In this document: piece by piece, positions 9,438 through 21,680 of the stretch | How positions within the stretch are numbered: position 1 is the stretch's first letter | Layout: the number at the start of each line of letters is the position of its first letter | Source: Chloroflexota bacterium | Lineage (GTDB): Bacteria; Chloroflexota; UBA6077; FW602-bin22 | DNA: 64,000 nucleotides | NCBI GenBank assembly: GCA_035651675.1 | Contig: DASRFH010000111.1 | Location: forward strand, 9,605 to 73,604 | Direction: 5' to 3' | The notes under the pieces: generated by a model | The model's database searches: none | Told to the model about the DNA's origin: nothing | Seen by the model: the letters and a program-made list of their open reading frames with translations, nothing else | Translations under genes and position numbers: made by a program

Positions 9438-9794
9438 ATGCGGATGCTGCTCCTGACTCGTTCCTTCGCGGTGAGTGGGCTGTTGGCCGAGGTCCTGACG
9501 GCCGAGGGTCACGAGCTGCGGACGACGGCCTCCGGGCCGGAGGGGCTGGCCGAGCTGCGCTCGGGCGCGTACGCCGCGGCGATCGTCGACTACGCCGTCG
9601 ACTGGGACGTGCCGATCGCGGCGCTGGCTCGGCTGGCGCCCGTCCTGGCGCTCGAGGCTGCCGGCGCCGGGCGGCGACGCCTCCCGAGTGGGGTGGTTGG
9701 CGTGCTCGAACGACCCATCGACGAGGACGCGGTTCGGCGGGCGGTTGGGGCGATCGTGGGCTGGCGCGAGAGCACGCCGCGGCTGGCGAGCTAA
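9438..9794 (+). CDS. Stand-alone receiver (CheY-like) domain protein, degenerate
   Basis: 118 aa with a receiver-like pattern: MRMLLLTRS ... AAIVDYAV ... PVLALEA ... VLERPID. The phospho-Asp position is retained, but the acidic pair, Thr/Ser and Lys positions are substituted. Confidence 0.6.
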   Translation: MRMLLLTRSFAVSGLLAEVLTAEGHELRTTASGPEGLAELRSGAYAAAIVDYAVDWDVPIAALARLAPVLALEAAGAGRRRLPSGVVGVLERPIDEDAVRRAVGAIVGWRESTPRLAS

Positions 9795-10041
9795 CGGGGC
9801 GGCGGCTGGCCCGGACGGGCCAGCCGCGGGGCGTGCCTATCGGGCCAGCCGACGTGCCCGGCATGGGCTATGGCAGTGGCCTCCGACGAACGCGAAGCTG
9901 GTCGCCGTGGAACCGACGACGCGCTTCACGAGCCGGGCCAGCTGCACGACCGGCACGCGCCTGTTCGCGGCGGCCATGCTGATCGCCGTTGGCTTGGTGA
10001 TCGGCGTGCTGCACGGGGCGATGCCCTCCTGAGACGGCGAA

Positions 10042-10073
10042 GGGCCCGGCCCGCGAGCGAACGGGCCGGGCCC
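10042..10073. terminator. Bidirectional GC-rich stem-loop downstream of clpC
   Basis: Perfect 11-bp inverted repeat GGGCCCGGCCC-N10-GGGCCGGGCCC, placed 9 nt after the clpC stop. It is followed by TTCGCC on the minus strand and CCTTTGCC on the plus strand. Confidence 0.55.
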
Positions 10074-10081
10074 CTTTGCCG

Positions 10082-12515
<2,434 letters not shown>

Positions 12516-12526
<11 letters not shown>

Positions 12527-12818
12527 TGGGTACCTTCTTCCGGAGCTCGTCGAGCTCCGCCTCCAACTCTTCGATTCTGTCCGACAGCTCCAGGATCTTC
12601 TTGATCCCGGCAGGATTCACGCCGTCGTCCTGGAGCTGCTGGATCTTGTGCAGGCGCTCGACGTCCTGCATCGAGAAGAGCCTGATCCGGCCGTCGGTGC
12701 GCGACGGCTGGATCAGGCCGAGCTTCTCGTAGTAGCGCAGCGTCTGAGGGTGCATGTTCACGAGCCGTGCCACGACGCCGATCACCAGGCACGGCTCGCG
12801 ACGATCGGGCCGGCGCAC
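12516..12818 (-). CDS. hspR: MerR-family heat-shock repressor HspR-like
   Basis: 100 aa. [50 protein letters not shown] matches the HspR/MerR HTH pattern. It sits between lon and clpC. Confidence 0.8.
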
Positions 12819-12822
12819 GACT

Positions 12823-15198
12823 CTACGCCACCTGCTGCAGCTGGACCGGGCCCGTAAGCGGGTACCCGGGGGGAAGCAGCGCAGTTTCCAGCACCTTGTC
12901 GGCGTGCTCGACCGGCACGACCGTGAGCCGCTTCAGCACCTGCGGCGACACGTCGCGCAGATCCTTCACGTTCTTCCGCGGGAGGATGAAGGTCGTTATG
13001 CCAGCGCGCTGGGCGGCCAGCATCTTCTCCTTCAGCCCGCCGATCGGCAGCACACGGCCGCGCAGCGTGATCTCGCCGGTCATCGCGACGTCGCGCCGCA
13101 CCGGCCGGTTCGTGAGCGCCGAGACCAGCGCGGTCGCCATCGTGATGCCCGCCGATGGGCCGTCCTTAGGGACAGCGCCAGCCGGGACGTGGACGTGGAT
13201 CGCGCTCCTCTCGAACACCGACGGGTCGATTCCGAGCTGGGCCGCCTTAGACCGCGCGTAGGAGAGCGCCGCCTTGACCGACTCCTGCATCACGTCGCCG
13301 AGCTGGCCGGTCAGGATCAGCTCGCCCTTGCCGGGCGTGACGTTCACCTCGACCGTCAGCACGTCGCCGCCGACCGGGGTCCAGGCGACGCCGGTCGCGA
13401 TGCCAACCTCGTCCTGGGTTTCGGCCACGCCGAACTCGTAGCGTGCCGGACCGAGCAGCCTGTCGAGGTCCTTCGGTCGGATCAGCACCGACCTGACCTT
13501 GCCCTCGGCCAGCCGCCGCGCCGCCTTGCGGCAGAGCGAGGCGATCTCGCGCTCGAGGTTCCGCACGCCGGCCTCCCGTGTGTAGTCGCGGATCAGCGCC
13601 AGGAGCGTCTTGTCGGGGATGCGGAGCTGCTCGGCGGTCAGGCCGTGCGCCTCGCGCTGCTTCGGTAGCAGGTGCCGCCTGGCGATCTCGACCTTCTCTT
13701 GCTCGGTGTAGCCGGGGAGCTCGATGACCTCCATCCGGTCCCGCAGCGGGCCGGGGATCGTGTCGAGCTGGTTGGCAGTGGTCACGAAGACGACCTCGCT
13801 CAGGTCGAACGGCACCTCGAGGTAGTGGTCGGAGAACGTGGCGTTCTGCTCCGGGTCGAGCACCTCCAGCAGGGCGGCGGTCGGGTCGCCGCGGTAGTCG
13901 CGGCCGACCTTATCGATCTCGTCGAGGACGAACACCGGGTTCTTCGTCCCGGCGGTCTTCAGCGCCTGGACGATCCGGCCCGGCAGCGCGCCGACGTAGG
14001 TGCGCCGGTGCCCGCGGATCTCGGCTTCGTCGTGCACGCCGCCCAGGCTGATTCGGGCGTACTTGCGCCCCATCGCGCGGGCGAGCGAGCGGCCCAACGA
14101 CGTCTTGCCCACGCCGGGTGGGCCGACGAGCAGCAGGATGGGCGAGCGGAGCTTCTGGCTCTTCTCGGCCATCATCTTGCGGACGGCGAGGAACTCGAGG
14201 ATGCGCTCCTTGACCTTCTGCAAGCCGAAGTGGTCCTCGTCCAGCACGCGCTTCGCCTCGTGCACGTCCAGGCTCTCCTCGGAGCGCTTGGACCACGGCA
14301 TCGCGACGAGCCAGTCGACGTAGTTGCGGACGACGGCCACCTCGGGCGAGGCGGCGGGCAGCGTCTCGAGCCGCTCGACTTCGCGGAGCGCCCGCTCCTT
14401 GACGTCGTCGGGCATGCCGGCCTCGTCGATCTTCTTGCGAAGCTCGTCGCCGATCTGCTCCTGCCCCTCGCGCTGGCCGAGCTCCTTCTGGATCGCCTTC
14501 ATCTGCTCGCGCAGGAAGAACTCGCGCTGGTTCTGCTCGGCGGCCTTGCGGACCTCGCCCTGGATCTTCTGGCCGACCTCGAGGATCTCGAGCTGCTTGG
14601 CCAGGAACTCGGTGACCCAGCGCAGTCGGGCCAGGGGGTCGAGGATCTCGATCAGCTCCTGCCGCTGCTGGAACGTCATGTCCGGCGAGAAGGCGACCGC
14701 GTCGGCCAGCCGGCCGGGGTCTTCGAGCTGGCGCGCCGCTTCGGCGGCGCCCTCTGGGATGTTCTGCGAGAGCTCGGCGTAGCGGGCGATCTGGTTGACG
14801 ACGGTGCGCATCAGCGCCTCGACCTCGACCGTCCGCTCGACGTGGGGCTCAGGGACCGCCTCGACCTCGGCGCGCAGCAGCTCGCCGTCGCGCCAGTAGT
14901 CGAGCACGCGGGCCCGGCTCACGCCCTGGACGAGCGCCTGGTACGTGCCGTCCGGGAGACGGATCAGCTGAGCGATCTGACCCACGCTGCCGACGCGGTG
15001 GAGCTTGTCGGGGTCGACGTTCTCGGTCCGCTCGCGCTCGGCGACGAGCAGCACCTTGCCGCCGTGCGGGTAGGCAGTCTCGACCGCCTTAACCGACGCG
15101 GGCCGGCCGATGCGCAGCGGGAGGACCATCCCGGGGAAAACGACCGTGTCGTGCAGAGCGACGACCGGTAGTGTGAGCTTCGTTTGAACTGTGTCCAT
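12823..15198 (-). CDS. lon: ATP-dependent Lon protease
   Basis: LON N-domain ([19 protein letters not shown]), Walker [10 protein letters not shown], and protease Ser motif [11 protein letters not shown]. The start is set to ATG 15198, 11 nt after GGAGG. The track start at 15216 is a GTG inside the SD region. Confidence 0.92.
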   Translation of the reverse strand: MDTVQTKLTLPVVALHDTVVFPGMVLPLRIGRPASVKAVETAYPHGGKVLLVAERERTENVDPDKLHRVGSVGQIAQLIRLPDGTYQALVQGVSRARVLDYWRDGELLRAEVEAVPEPHVERTVEVEALMRTVVNQIARYAELSQNIPEGAAEAARQLEDPGRLADAVAFSPDMTFQQRQELIEILDPLARLRWVTEFLAKQLEILEVGQKIQGEVRKAAEQNQREFFLREQMKAIQKELGQREGQEQIGDELRKKIDEAGMPDDVKERALREVERLETLPAASPEVAVVRNYVDWLVAMPWSKRSEESLDVHEAKRVLDEDHFGLQKVKERILEFLAVRKMMAEKSQKLRSPILLLVGPPGVGKTSLGRSLARAMGRKYARISLGGVHDEAEIRGHRRTYVGALPGRIVQALKTAGTKNPVFVLDEIDKVGRDYRGDPTAALLEVLDPEQNATFSDHYLEVPFDLSEVVFVTTANQLDTIPGPLRDRMEVIELPGYTEQEKVEIARRHLLPKQREAHGLTAEQLRIPDKTLLALIRDYTREAGVRNLEREIASLCRKAARRLAEGKVRSVLIRPKDLDRLLGPARYEFGVAETQDEVGIATGVAWTPVGGDVLTVEVNVTPGKGELILTGQLGDVMQESVKAALSYARSKAAQLGIDPSVFERSAIHVHVPAGAVPKDGPSAGITMATALVSALTNRPVRRDVAMTGEITLRGRVLPIGGLKEKMLAAQRAGITTFILPRKNVKDLRDVSPQVLKRLTVVPVEHADKVLETALLPPGYPLTGPVQLQQVA

Positions 15199-15281
15199 GC
15201 CGATGGCAACCTCCACGCTTACTATGTGGAAGTTGAGTCGGCTTTTGCAAGGCTTCTGACACAGTTCTTAGAGAAGCTCTG

Positions 15282-16163
15282 CTAACCCTCCTTCATCCCG
15301 GTCATGGTGATCCCCCGGACGAACGCCCTCTGGCAGAACAAGAAGACGACGATGACCGGGATCACGCTCGTGACCGACGCGGCCATTAGCTCGTGGATCG
15401 GCAGCGCCTGCTGCGACATCGCGAAGAGGCGCAGCGCGGTCGCGACGACCATGTTCTTCTGCGAGTTCAGGTAGATGAGCGGTCCGAAGAAGTCGTTCCA
15501 ATGCGTGACGAACGAGAGGGCGAAGACGGTGATCAGGATCGGTCGGCAGAGCGGCAGCAGGATGCGCCAGAAGATGTCGAGGCGGTGGGCGCCGTCGACG
15601 AGCGCCGCCTCGTCGAGCTCGCGCGGGATGGTCATGAAGAACTGGCGCAGCAGGAAGATGTAGAAGGCCGAGCCGAACCACTGGGGCACGACCAGCGGCA
15701 GCAGTGAGTCGAGCCAGCCCAGCTGCTTGAAGAGCAGGTACTGCGGGATGAGCAGCACCTGGGGCGGCAGCATCATCGTGCTCAGAACGAGCGTGAACAG
15801 GAACTTGCTGCCCTTGAACGGGATACGCGCGAACCCGTAGGCGACCAGGCTGCACGAGATCAGCTGGCCGAGGACGCTGAGGCCCACGTAGATGGCGGTG
15901 TTCTCGAAGAAGAGCGGGAAGTAGCGGGTCGGCCTCAGGAGCGCGTTCGGGTAGTTCTGCCACTGAAGCACTTTCGGGATCCAGATCGGGGGGACGGCGT
16001 CCAGCTCAGACGGGTCCTTGAGCGAGGTCGCGACCATCCACAGGAACGGCGCGGCGTAGAGCATTGCGAGGAGCGTGACGGCCGCGTAAGCACCGACCCG
16101 CGCCACACGGGCCTGCGTCGACTGCCGCGCGAAGAAGCTGGTCGTCGGGGTCGTCGCTGCCAT
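15282..16163 (-). CDS. Carbohydrate ABC transporter permease (MalG-like)
   Basis: 293 aa with 6 TM segments and the EAA loop ELDEAALVDGAHRLDIFWRILLP. Confidence 0.9.
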   Translation of the reverse strand: MAATTPTTSFFARQSTQARVARVGAYAAVTLLAMLYAAPFLWMVATSLKDPSELDAVPPIWIPKVLQWQNYPNALLRPTRYFPLFFENTAIYVGLSVLGQLISCSLVAYGFARIPFKGSKFLFTLVLSTMMLPPQVLLIPQYLLFKQLGWLDSLLPLVVPQWFGSAFYIFLLRQFFMTIPRELDEAALVDGAHRLDIFWRILLPLCRPILITVFALSFVTHWNDFFGPLIYLNSQKNMVVATALRLFAMSQQALPIHELMAASVTSVIPVIVVFLFCQRAFVRGITMTGMKEG

Positions 16164-17114
16164 CTAGCCGACACCCCGTGCGGTCGGCTGCTCGGCCTCG
16201 TAGTAGACCCAGAGCCGTGCGACGGCCAGTTGCACGAGCGTCACGGCCAAGATCGCCAGGAAGAGCACCCAGGCCAGCGCCGAGGCATAGCCCATCTTGC
16301 CGTTGAGGAACGCCGAGCGGTAGAGGTGGAGGATGTAGACGAGCGTCGCGTCGGCCGGCCCGCCCTGTGTCAGGATGAAGGCGGCCGTGAAGACCTGGAA
16401 CGATCCGATCACGCCGAGCACCGAGTTGAAGAAGATCGCCGGCGTGATCATCGGGACCGTCACGTGGCGGAAGCGGCCCCAGATGCCCGCGCCGTCGATC
16501 ATCGCCGCCTCGTGCAGGTGAACGGGCACGCCCTGTAGCGCGGCCAGGTAAACCAGCATCGGCGTTCCGACGTTCCAGAGGCTGTACATGATGATCGCGG
16601 GCATGCCCCACTCGACGCTGTAGAGCCAGGTCGGCCCCTCGATCCCGATCAGCGCCAGCATGCCGTTGAGCAGCCCGAACTTGGCCAGGATCGTCGCCCA
16701 CAAGTAGGCGGTCGCGATGCCCGAGGTCACGGCCGGCAGGTAGAAGATGGTCCGGTAGATCGAGATGCCGTGCAGCTTCTGGTTCAGCAGCGCGGCCAGC
16801 GCCAGGGCGATGATCTGCACGCCCGGCACGTTGAAGGCGACGAAGTAGAGCGTGTTGCGGACGGCCACGGCGAACTGCTCGTCCTCGCCGTTGAACATCC
16901 GCTGGTAGTTGCGCAGCCCGATCTCTTCCCAGGCACCGGCCACGTCCCAGGTGGTCGTGCTCAGGAACAGCGCGGCGAGGAACGGGCCAGCCGTGAAGAC
17001 CAGGAAGCCGATCAGCCAGGGGCTGATGAAGAGCCAGCCGATCAGGTCGGTGCGCGTGACGAACCCCCGCCGCCGGGTGACCCCGGCGGCGGACGCGAGG
17101 GACTGCGAGCTCAA
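16164..17114 (-). CDS. Carbohydrate ABC transporter permease (MalF-like)
   Basis: 316 aa with the EAA loop LHEAAMIDGAGIWGRFRHVTVP. It abuts the downstream permease with no gap. Confidence 0.9.
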   Translation of the reverse strand: MSSQSLASAAGVTRRRGFVTRTDLIGWLFISPWLIGFLVFTAGPFLAALFLSTTTWDVAGAWEEIGLRNYQRMFNGEDEQFAVAVRNTLYFVAFNVPGVQIIALALAALLNQKLHGISIYRTIFYLPAVTSGIATAYLWATILAKFGLLNGMLALIGIEGPTWLYSVEWGMPAIIMYSLWNVGTPMLVYLAALQGVPVHLHEAAMIDGAGIWGRFRHVTVPMITPAIFFNSVLGVIGSFQVFTAAFILTQGGPADATLVYILHLYRSAFLNGKMGYASALAWVLFLAILAVTLVQLAVARLWVYYEAEQPTARGVG

Positions 17115-17115
17115 G

Positions 17116-18693
17116 CTAGAGGACGCCCAGCGCCTGCAGCTCCGCAGTCGGGACCGGCGGCTTCGGCACCGTGAACGAGAACGGCTGCTTCGCGCCGCCG
17201 AAGTTGACGAGCTCGTTCGCCTTCTGGTTGGCGTCCCGCAGCGCGTCCTCGAGCTTCTTCTTGTCCAGGTAGACGAGGTCGATCTGGTCCCGGATCGCGG
17301 TGCCGGCCGCGTTCATGCCGGCGTTGTAGAAGTGGAAGCCGTGCCGGCGGCTGTACACGTGCCGGATGAACGACTCGAGGTGCTTCCCCTTCGTGTTGGC
17401 GGTCTGGTACGTCTTCCACGACTTCTTGTTCGACGGGACGTAGAGGTGGTTCGTGGCGGCGAAGTCCTGGAACTTCGTGCTCGACAGGTGGCGCAGCCAC
17501 GCGTACGCCTCGTCGGGGTAGCGGGTCTTGGCCGGGACGTAGTTTGGGTTGCCGGACGTGACCGGGATGCCCGGGGTGTTGGCGTCGAGATCGGGCAGCG
17601 GCGCGGCGTCCCACTCGAACTTGTCCTTGATGACGTCGTCCATCAACTGCACGTCGTAGGCGGCGCGGTGGTACATACCGGTCAAGCCGGCGCGGAACGG
17701 GATGACGCCACCCGGGCCGACCAGCTCGTTGGTCGCTTCGACGGTGATGAGGAACTTGTCCTCCTTAGCCCACTTGTAAAGCATCTGGTGGGCCTTTGCG
17801 ACGGCGGGATCGGTCAGGGTGTACTTGAGCTCCGTCCAGCTTGCGTAGTTCCCGCCGAGCATCCAGACGAGTGGGCTGAACTCCTGGTAGGAGTTGTAGT
17901 TCCACTGCAGGCCGTAGAAGGTCGTCTTGCCGTTCTGGACATTGGTCAGCTGCTTAGCCGCCTCGACCATGTCGTTGATGGTCCACTTGCCCTTGAGGTC
18001 GTCCCACGGGTCTTTGACGCCAGCGGCTTTGAAGGCCGTCTTGTTGTAGTAGATGGCTCGCGGGTCGTTGTCGAAGGGCATGTGCAGCACCTTGCCCTCC
18101 CAGATCTCGAGGCCCATCAGCGAGTAGTCCTGCGGCAGGTTGATCCCGTCGGCCTTGACCTTGTCGGTCAGGTCGAGGTGGTAGCCGCCGGCCATCCACT
18201 TCACCTGCGTGCCGTTGTCCGAGATCGAGGCGTCCCCCCACGTTCCGGCGACGAGCGCCGCCTCCTGCTTCGGGACGAAGTCGGCGCTCGGAACCATCTC
18301 CGGCGCGACGGTGACGTACGGGAAGTCGGCCTTGAACTGGTCGCTCGCGTCCTTGAGGCCCCTCTCGAGGGGTGCCCACCAGGTCGTGAAGCGCAGCGTG
18401 ACCGGCGCCTTGCTCGTAGCTGGGGCGGCCGCGCTCGGCGCGTTCGTCGTGCCAGCCGGTTTGGTCGCGGCGGCGGCCCCACCCGCCGGCGCGGTCGTCG
18501 GAGCGGCGGCGGCGCCGCCGGTGGCGGGCGCGGTGGTGGGTGCGGCCGCGGGTTTGGTCGCGGCTGGCGCGGCGGTCGGCGCTGGGGCCGAGCCACCGCA
18601 GGCCGCGAGCAGCGCTCCGGCGCCGATAGTGCCAAGCGCGAGGCCGATGACGCGGCGGCGGCCGATCGTCCGAACGTTTGAAGTTGCGCTCAT
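17116..18693 (-). CDS. Extracellular solute-binding lipoprotein of sugar ABC transporter
   Basis: 525 aa. It has the lipobox GALLAACGG and an Ala/Pro/Thr-rich linker, followed by a family-1 SBP-like body. It is the first gene of a three-gene importer operon. Confidence 0.85.
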   Translation of the reverse strand: MSATSNVRTIGRRRVIGLALGTIGAGALLAACGGSAPAPTAAPAATKPAAAPTTAPATGGAAAAPTTAPAGGAAAATKPAGTTNAPSAAAPATSKAPVTLRFTTWWAPLERGLKDASDQFKADFPYVTVAPEMVPSADFVPKQEAALVAGTWGDASISDNGTQVKWMAGGYHLDLTDKVKADGINLPQDYSLMGLEIWEGKVLHMPFDNDPRAIYYNKTAFKAAGVKDPWDDLKGKWTINDMVEAAKQLTNVQNGKTTFYGLQWNYNSYQEFSPLVWMLGGNYASWTELKYTLTDPAVAKAHQMLYKWAKEDKFLITVEATNELVGPGGVIPFRAGLTGMYHRAAYDVQLMDDVIKDKFEWDAAPLPDLDANTPGIPVTSGNPNYVPAKTRYPDEAYAWLRHLSSTKFQDFAATNHLYVPSNKKSWKTYQTANTKGKHLESFIRHVYSRRHGFHFYNAGMNAAGTAIRDQIDLVYLDKKKLEDALRDANQKANELVNFGGAKQPFSFTVPKPPVPTAELQALGVL

Positions 18694-18780
18694 TTTCCTG
18701 GCTGTCCCCCCGACAAGATGGCCGCATCCTACGGTCGGTTTGGCTGCTTGTCAACGCGCGTCGACCGCTAGACTGGCGGT

Positions 18781-19578
18781 GTGCCCGAGACCTTTCTGTG
18801 CCACGACGGCGAATGCTGGATCACTCCCGAGCACGTCGCCGAGGCGCGGCGGCGGCGCTCGCCGGGCCTGGTGGTCGGGCCGCGGGTGCTCTACACGCCG
18901 CTCGACTTCGACCGCGAGCGCGGCCACTGGCTCGCCCGCGCCCTGGGCGCCGAAGAGACGCCGCTCGGCGACGTCGCCGTCCAGAGCCGGGCGGTTGACC
19001 TGCGGCTGCCCGAGGGGCAGCTGACCGGACTGATCGGCCCCATCGGCGCGCCCGGCACGGTGAGCACGCTCGAGGCCGCGCTGGCGCTCGGCGCGCGGCA
19101 GATTTTCTTCTTCGGCGTCTGCGGCTCGCTCCACCCCGACCTGCGCATCGGGGACCTGGTGCTCGTCGAGCGGGCGATCCGCGAGGAGGGCACCTCCTAC
19201 CACTACCTGCCGGCCGACGCGCCGGCCGTGCCCTCACCCCGGCTGCTCGCGCTGGCGTGCGAGGTGCTCGCCGAGGAGCCGCACCGCGTCGGCACGATCT
19301 GGACGACCGACGCGCCGTACCGCGAGACGCGGACGAAGGTGGCGCGGCTGGCGGCCGAGGGTGTCCTGGGCGTCGAGATGGAGACTTCCGCCGTGTACGC
19401 GATGGCGCAGTTCCGCGGCGTCGAGGCGCTCTCGGTGCAGATCGTCTCGGACCAGCTGGTGGGCGAGAGATGGACGGGCATTTCGCGCGAGACGTTCCAG
19501 CACCGGTGCGAGCACGCCGTCCGGCTGCTGGCGCGCCTGGCGCTGTTGTTCCCTCTCTCCGCTGTGGGAGGGGGCTAG
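18781..19578 (+). CDS. Nucleoside phosphorylase (PNP_UDP_1 family, uridine phosphorylase-like)
   Basis: GVCGSLHPDLRIGDLVL ... GVEMETSAVYAMAQFRGVEALSVQIVSD is typical of PNP/UDP family 1. GTG start. Confidence 0.8.
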   Translation: MPETFLCHDGECWITPEHVAEARRRRSPGLVVGPRVLYTPLDFDRERGHWLARALGAEETPLGDVAVQSRAVDLRLPEGQLTGLIGPIGAPGTVSTLEAALALGARQIFFFGVCGSLHPDLRIGDLVLVERAIREEGTSYHYLPADAPAVPSPRLLALACEVLAEEPHRVGTIWTTDAPYRETRTKVARLAAEGVLGVEMETSAVYAMAQFRGVEALSVQIVSDQLVGERWTGISRETFQHRCEHAVRLLARLALLFPLSAVGGG

Positions 19579-19814
19579 GGGCATTACGGTTCACTTAATA
19601 AGGTCGCTGATCGCGCGGTCCGGCCCCGTCCACGTCCCCTCTCCCTCTGGGAGAGGGCCAGGGTGAGGGCGTCCCTCGCCTCCGCCGGTGCTTAATAAGT
19701 GAACCGAATTGGGGCTAGGGGAGGGCTCGAGGACAGCGGAGCCCTTGCCCAGACGGCCCGGCGGTGGCTTGTGCTCCTCACCCCGGCGCTTTCCTCGCGG
19801 GAGACGGGACGTGG
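19571..19814. repeat. Composite intergenic repeat: 16-bp AT-rich terminal inverted repeats flanked by an 11-bp direct repeat, plus two inverted copies of a ~40-bp GC-rich palindromic unit
   Basis: The direct repeat GGGGCTAGGGG occurs at 19571-19581 and 19711-19721. The inverted repeat is CGGTTCACTTAATAAG (19587-19602) versus CTTAATAAGTGAACCG (19691-19706). The GC-rich unit at 19630-19669 has an inverted copy at 19776-19814 with conserved flanks CCACGTCCC.TCTCCC ... GCC.GGGTGAGG. Confidence 0.6.
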
Positions 19815-19850
19815 TCACGTGGCCTCAGGCTATCCCTTCAAGGGGAGGGA

Positions 19851-21437
19851 TCAGAAGCGGCCCGGTGCGCGCTTCGTGAAGAGGTACCAGTCGGCGTAGC
19901 TGGCGAACCGGTCTCGCGGTAGCAGGAAAGCCGGGCCGATCGATTGACCGCGAAGCTCGGCGGCAACGGGGTAGCTGAGCTGAGGGTGGAGCAGGCGCAC
20001 GGCGGGCGCCTCGGCGTCGAACAGTGCCTGCCAGTCGCGCAGCGCGGCGAGGCGGGCCGCGGGGGTGGTGGCCCGGCGCGCCGCCGCGAGCAGCTCCTCG
20101 CTCCGCCATGGCGCCCATCCGCCGAAATTGAGCGGCGCGCCCTTACCCCACAGGCGGCCCGGGTCCGGCACCGCTTGCGGCTCGAACGTCTCGACGAGCG
20201 CCGCCCCCCACCTGCCGCCGGGCAGCACGTCGCCGACCAACGCTGCCCACGGCACACGTTGCAGCTCCACCCTGACGCCAACCGCGGCGAGCTGGCGGAC
20301 AAGCTCCTCGGCTAACGGGCCGCGCTCGGGCGCGTCGTTCGTCACGAGCGTCAAGCGCAGTTGGCGGTCTCCCCTCTGGAGCGTACCGTCGGGCGCGGCC
20401 CGCCAGCCGGCCGCCTGGAGCGCCGCCTTCGCCGCGCTCGCGTCCCCCGGCTCACCGTCGACCGGCACCGCGGCGGCGCCCAGCGCCCCCGCGGCCTTGC
20501 GTCGGTCGATCCCCTTGGCGAGCGCGGCGCGGGTCGGCACGTCGTCGAGGGGTGCGGAGGACGTGTTGAAGACCAGTGTGTCGGTCTTCGAGATCTCCGG
20601 CCGAAGGTAGGCGATCGCGCCCGACGGCAGGCTGGCCGCGTCGCGGGCAGGTAGCGGGCGGACGGCGGTGACCTCGCCGCGGCGCAGCAGGTCGAGCGCC
20701 GCCGCGGCGGTGCCCACGAAGCGGAATTCGACGTTCGGCACGTACGGCGCCCGTTCCCAGTAGCCGTCGAAAGCGGTGAGCTCGATGCGGCGCAGCTCGG
20801 CCGACGTCACGCGCATGGGGCCTGTGCCGATTGGCCTCAGGTTGAAATCGCTCTCGAGCATCGCCCGCCCACGCATCCCGGCGAGCGCGCTCGCGGGCAA
20901 GATGCCGAGCGACGCCTGCTCGGGAAAGGCCGCGTCGGGCGCGGGGAGCGTGAACCGGACGCCCTCGTCGGTCGGCTCGACCCTGACGTCCTTCCACAGG
21001 GCGGCGAGCGCTGCGTCACCGGGGAAGTCAACCGCCTGGAGCGCCTGAACGGTCGCGACGACGTCGCCGGCGCCGAACGGATGGCCGTCGTGCCACCGAA
21101 CGCCGCGGCGCAGCCTGAAGGTGTACTGGAGCCCGTTGGGCGCGACGGACCAGTCGGTCGCCAGGTCGGGCGCAACCTTGCCGTCGGACCCGACCCGCGT
21201 GAGTCCGGAGAAGACCAGCGCGACGACGTCGTCGTCGGGCGAGCCCGGCTGGGCGAGCAGCGGGTTCAGGTAGCGCGGCACGCCGACGACTGCCTCGACG
21301 TAGGTGCCGCCCTGAGTCGGGACGACGTCGCCCGCGACGGCGTACCCCGCGGCGGCGAACAGACCGACCGCCAGGAGGGCGGCCAGGGCCAGCCTTCCGG
21401 CGCGGCTAGACCCTGGCGGCGATGAGGACGCTGGCAA
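19851..21437 (-). CDS. ABC transporter substrate-binding protein, family 5 (peptide/nickel type)
   Basis: 528 aa. YLNPLLAQPGSPDDDVVALVFSGLTRVGSDGKVAPDLATDWSVAPNGLQYTFRLRRGVRWHDGHPF is the classic SBP_bac_5 N-lobe. No cognate permease genes lie nearby. Confidence 0.85.
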   Translation of the reverse strand: MPASSSPPGSSRAGRLALAALLAVGLFAAAGYAVAGDVVPTQGGTYVEAVVGVPRYLNPLLAQPGSPDDDVVALVFSGLTRVGSDGKVAPDLATDWSVAPNGLQYTFRLRRGVRWHDGHPFGAGDVVATVQALQAVDFPGDAALAALWKDVRVEPTDEGVRFTLPAPDAAFPEQASLGILPASALAGMRGRAMLESDFNLRPIGTGPMRVTSAELRRIELTAFDGYWERAPYVPNVEFRFVGTAAAALDLLRRGEVTAVRPLPARDAASLPSGAIAYLRPEISKTDTLVFNTSSAPLDDVPTRAALAKGIDRRKAAGALGAAAVPVDGEPGDASAAKAALQAAGWRAAPDGTLQRGDRQLRLTLVTNDAPERGPLAEELVRQLAAVGVRVELQRVPWAALVGDVLPGGRWGAALVETFEPQAVPDPGRLWGKGAPLNFGGWAPWRSEELLAAARRATTPAARLAALRDWQALFDAEAPAVRLLHPQLSYPVAAELRGQSIGPAFLLPRDRFASYADWYLFTKRAPGRF

Positions 21438-21633
21438 TCGACACGATCACGAAGACCGCCGCCATGAACAGCGTGAACTGGAAGATCGTCTTCTCGATCC
21501 CGCGCCGCGTGCGGAACACCGTCGTCTGGTCCTGGCTGGTGCCGGTGAAGCCGCTGCCGCGCGACTGCATCAGCACGAGCGCGATCAGCGCGGCGGAGAC
21601 GACGATCTGGAGGACGTTGAGGTAGCCCTGCAT
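21406..21633 (-). CDS. secG: Preprotein translocase subunit SecG
   Basis: MQGYLNVLQIVVSAALIALVLMQSRGSGFTG...RGIEKTIFQFTLFMAAVFVIVSI. It has two TM segments and the Gly-rich loop typical of SecG. The start was moved to the internal Met. Confidence 0.8.
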   Translation of the reverse strand: MQGYLNVLQIVVSAALIALVLMQSRGSGFTGTSQDQTTVFRTRRGIEKTIFQFTLFMAAVFVIVSIASVLIAARV

Positions 21634-21680
21634 CCGCGCGAGTGTAGCATTGGGATACAGCCCGGAACAGGAGTGCAGAT

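Noticed and set aside
9907-10032. 41-codon GTG ORF with a hydrophobic tail (LFAAAMLIAVGLVIGVLHGAMPS) ending just before the clpC terminator hairpin.
   Set aside because: It has high GC3, but there is no SD, no recognisable family, and it is very short. It cannot be supported from sequence alone.
15221-15250. Candidate sigma-70 promoter (TTGCAA-18-CATAGT) and HspR HAIR operator upstream of lon.
   Set aside because: The -10 element is only 6 nt from the SD sequence, leaving almost no leader. Only one HAIR half-site (ACTCAAC) is present, and the other arm matches 3 of 7 positions.
18748-18783. Possible leaderless arrangement for the nucleoside phosphorylase gene (TTGTCA ... TAGACT, then GTG 6 nt later).
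   Set aside because: The spacer between the hexamers is only 15 nt and the -10 is weak. It is plausible but not supportable without 5'-end mapping.
19591-19818. 75-aa minus-strand ORF (…GGGEGRPHPGPLPEGEGTWTGP…).
   Set aside because: It is encoded entirely by the palindromic repeat units in the intergenic element. This is the typical spurious translation of such repeats.
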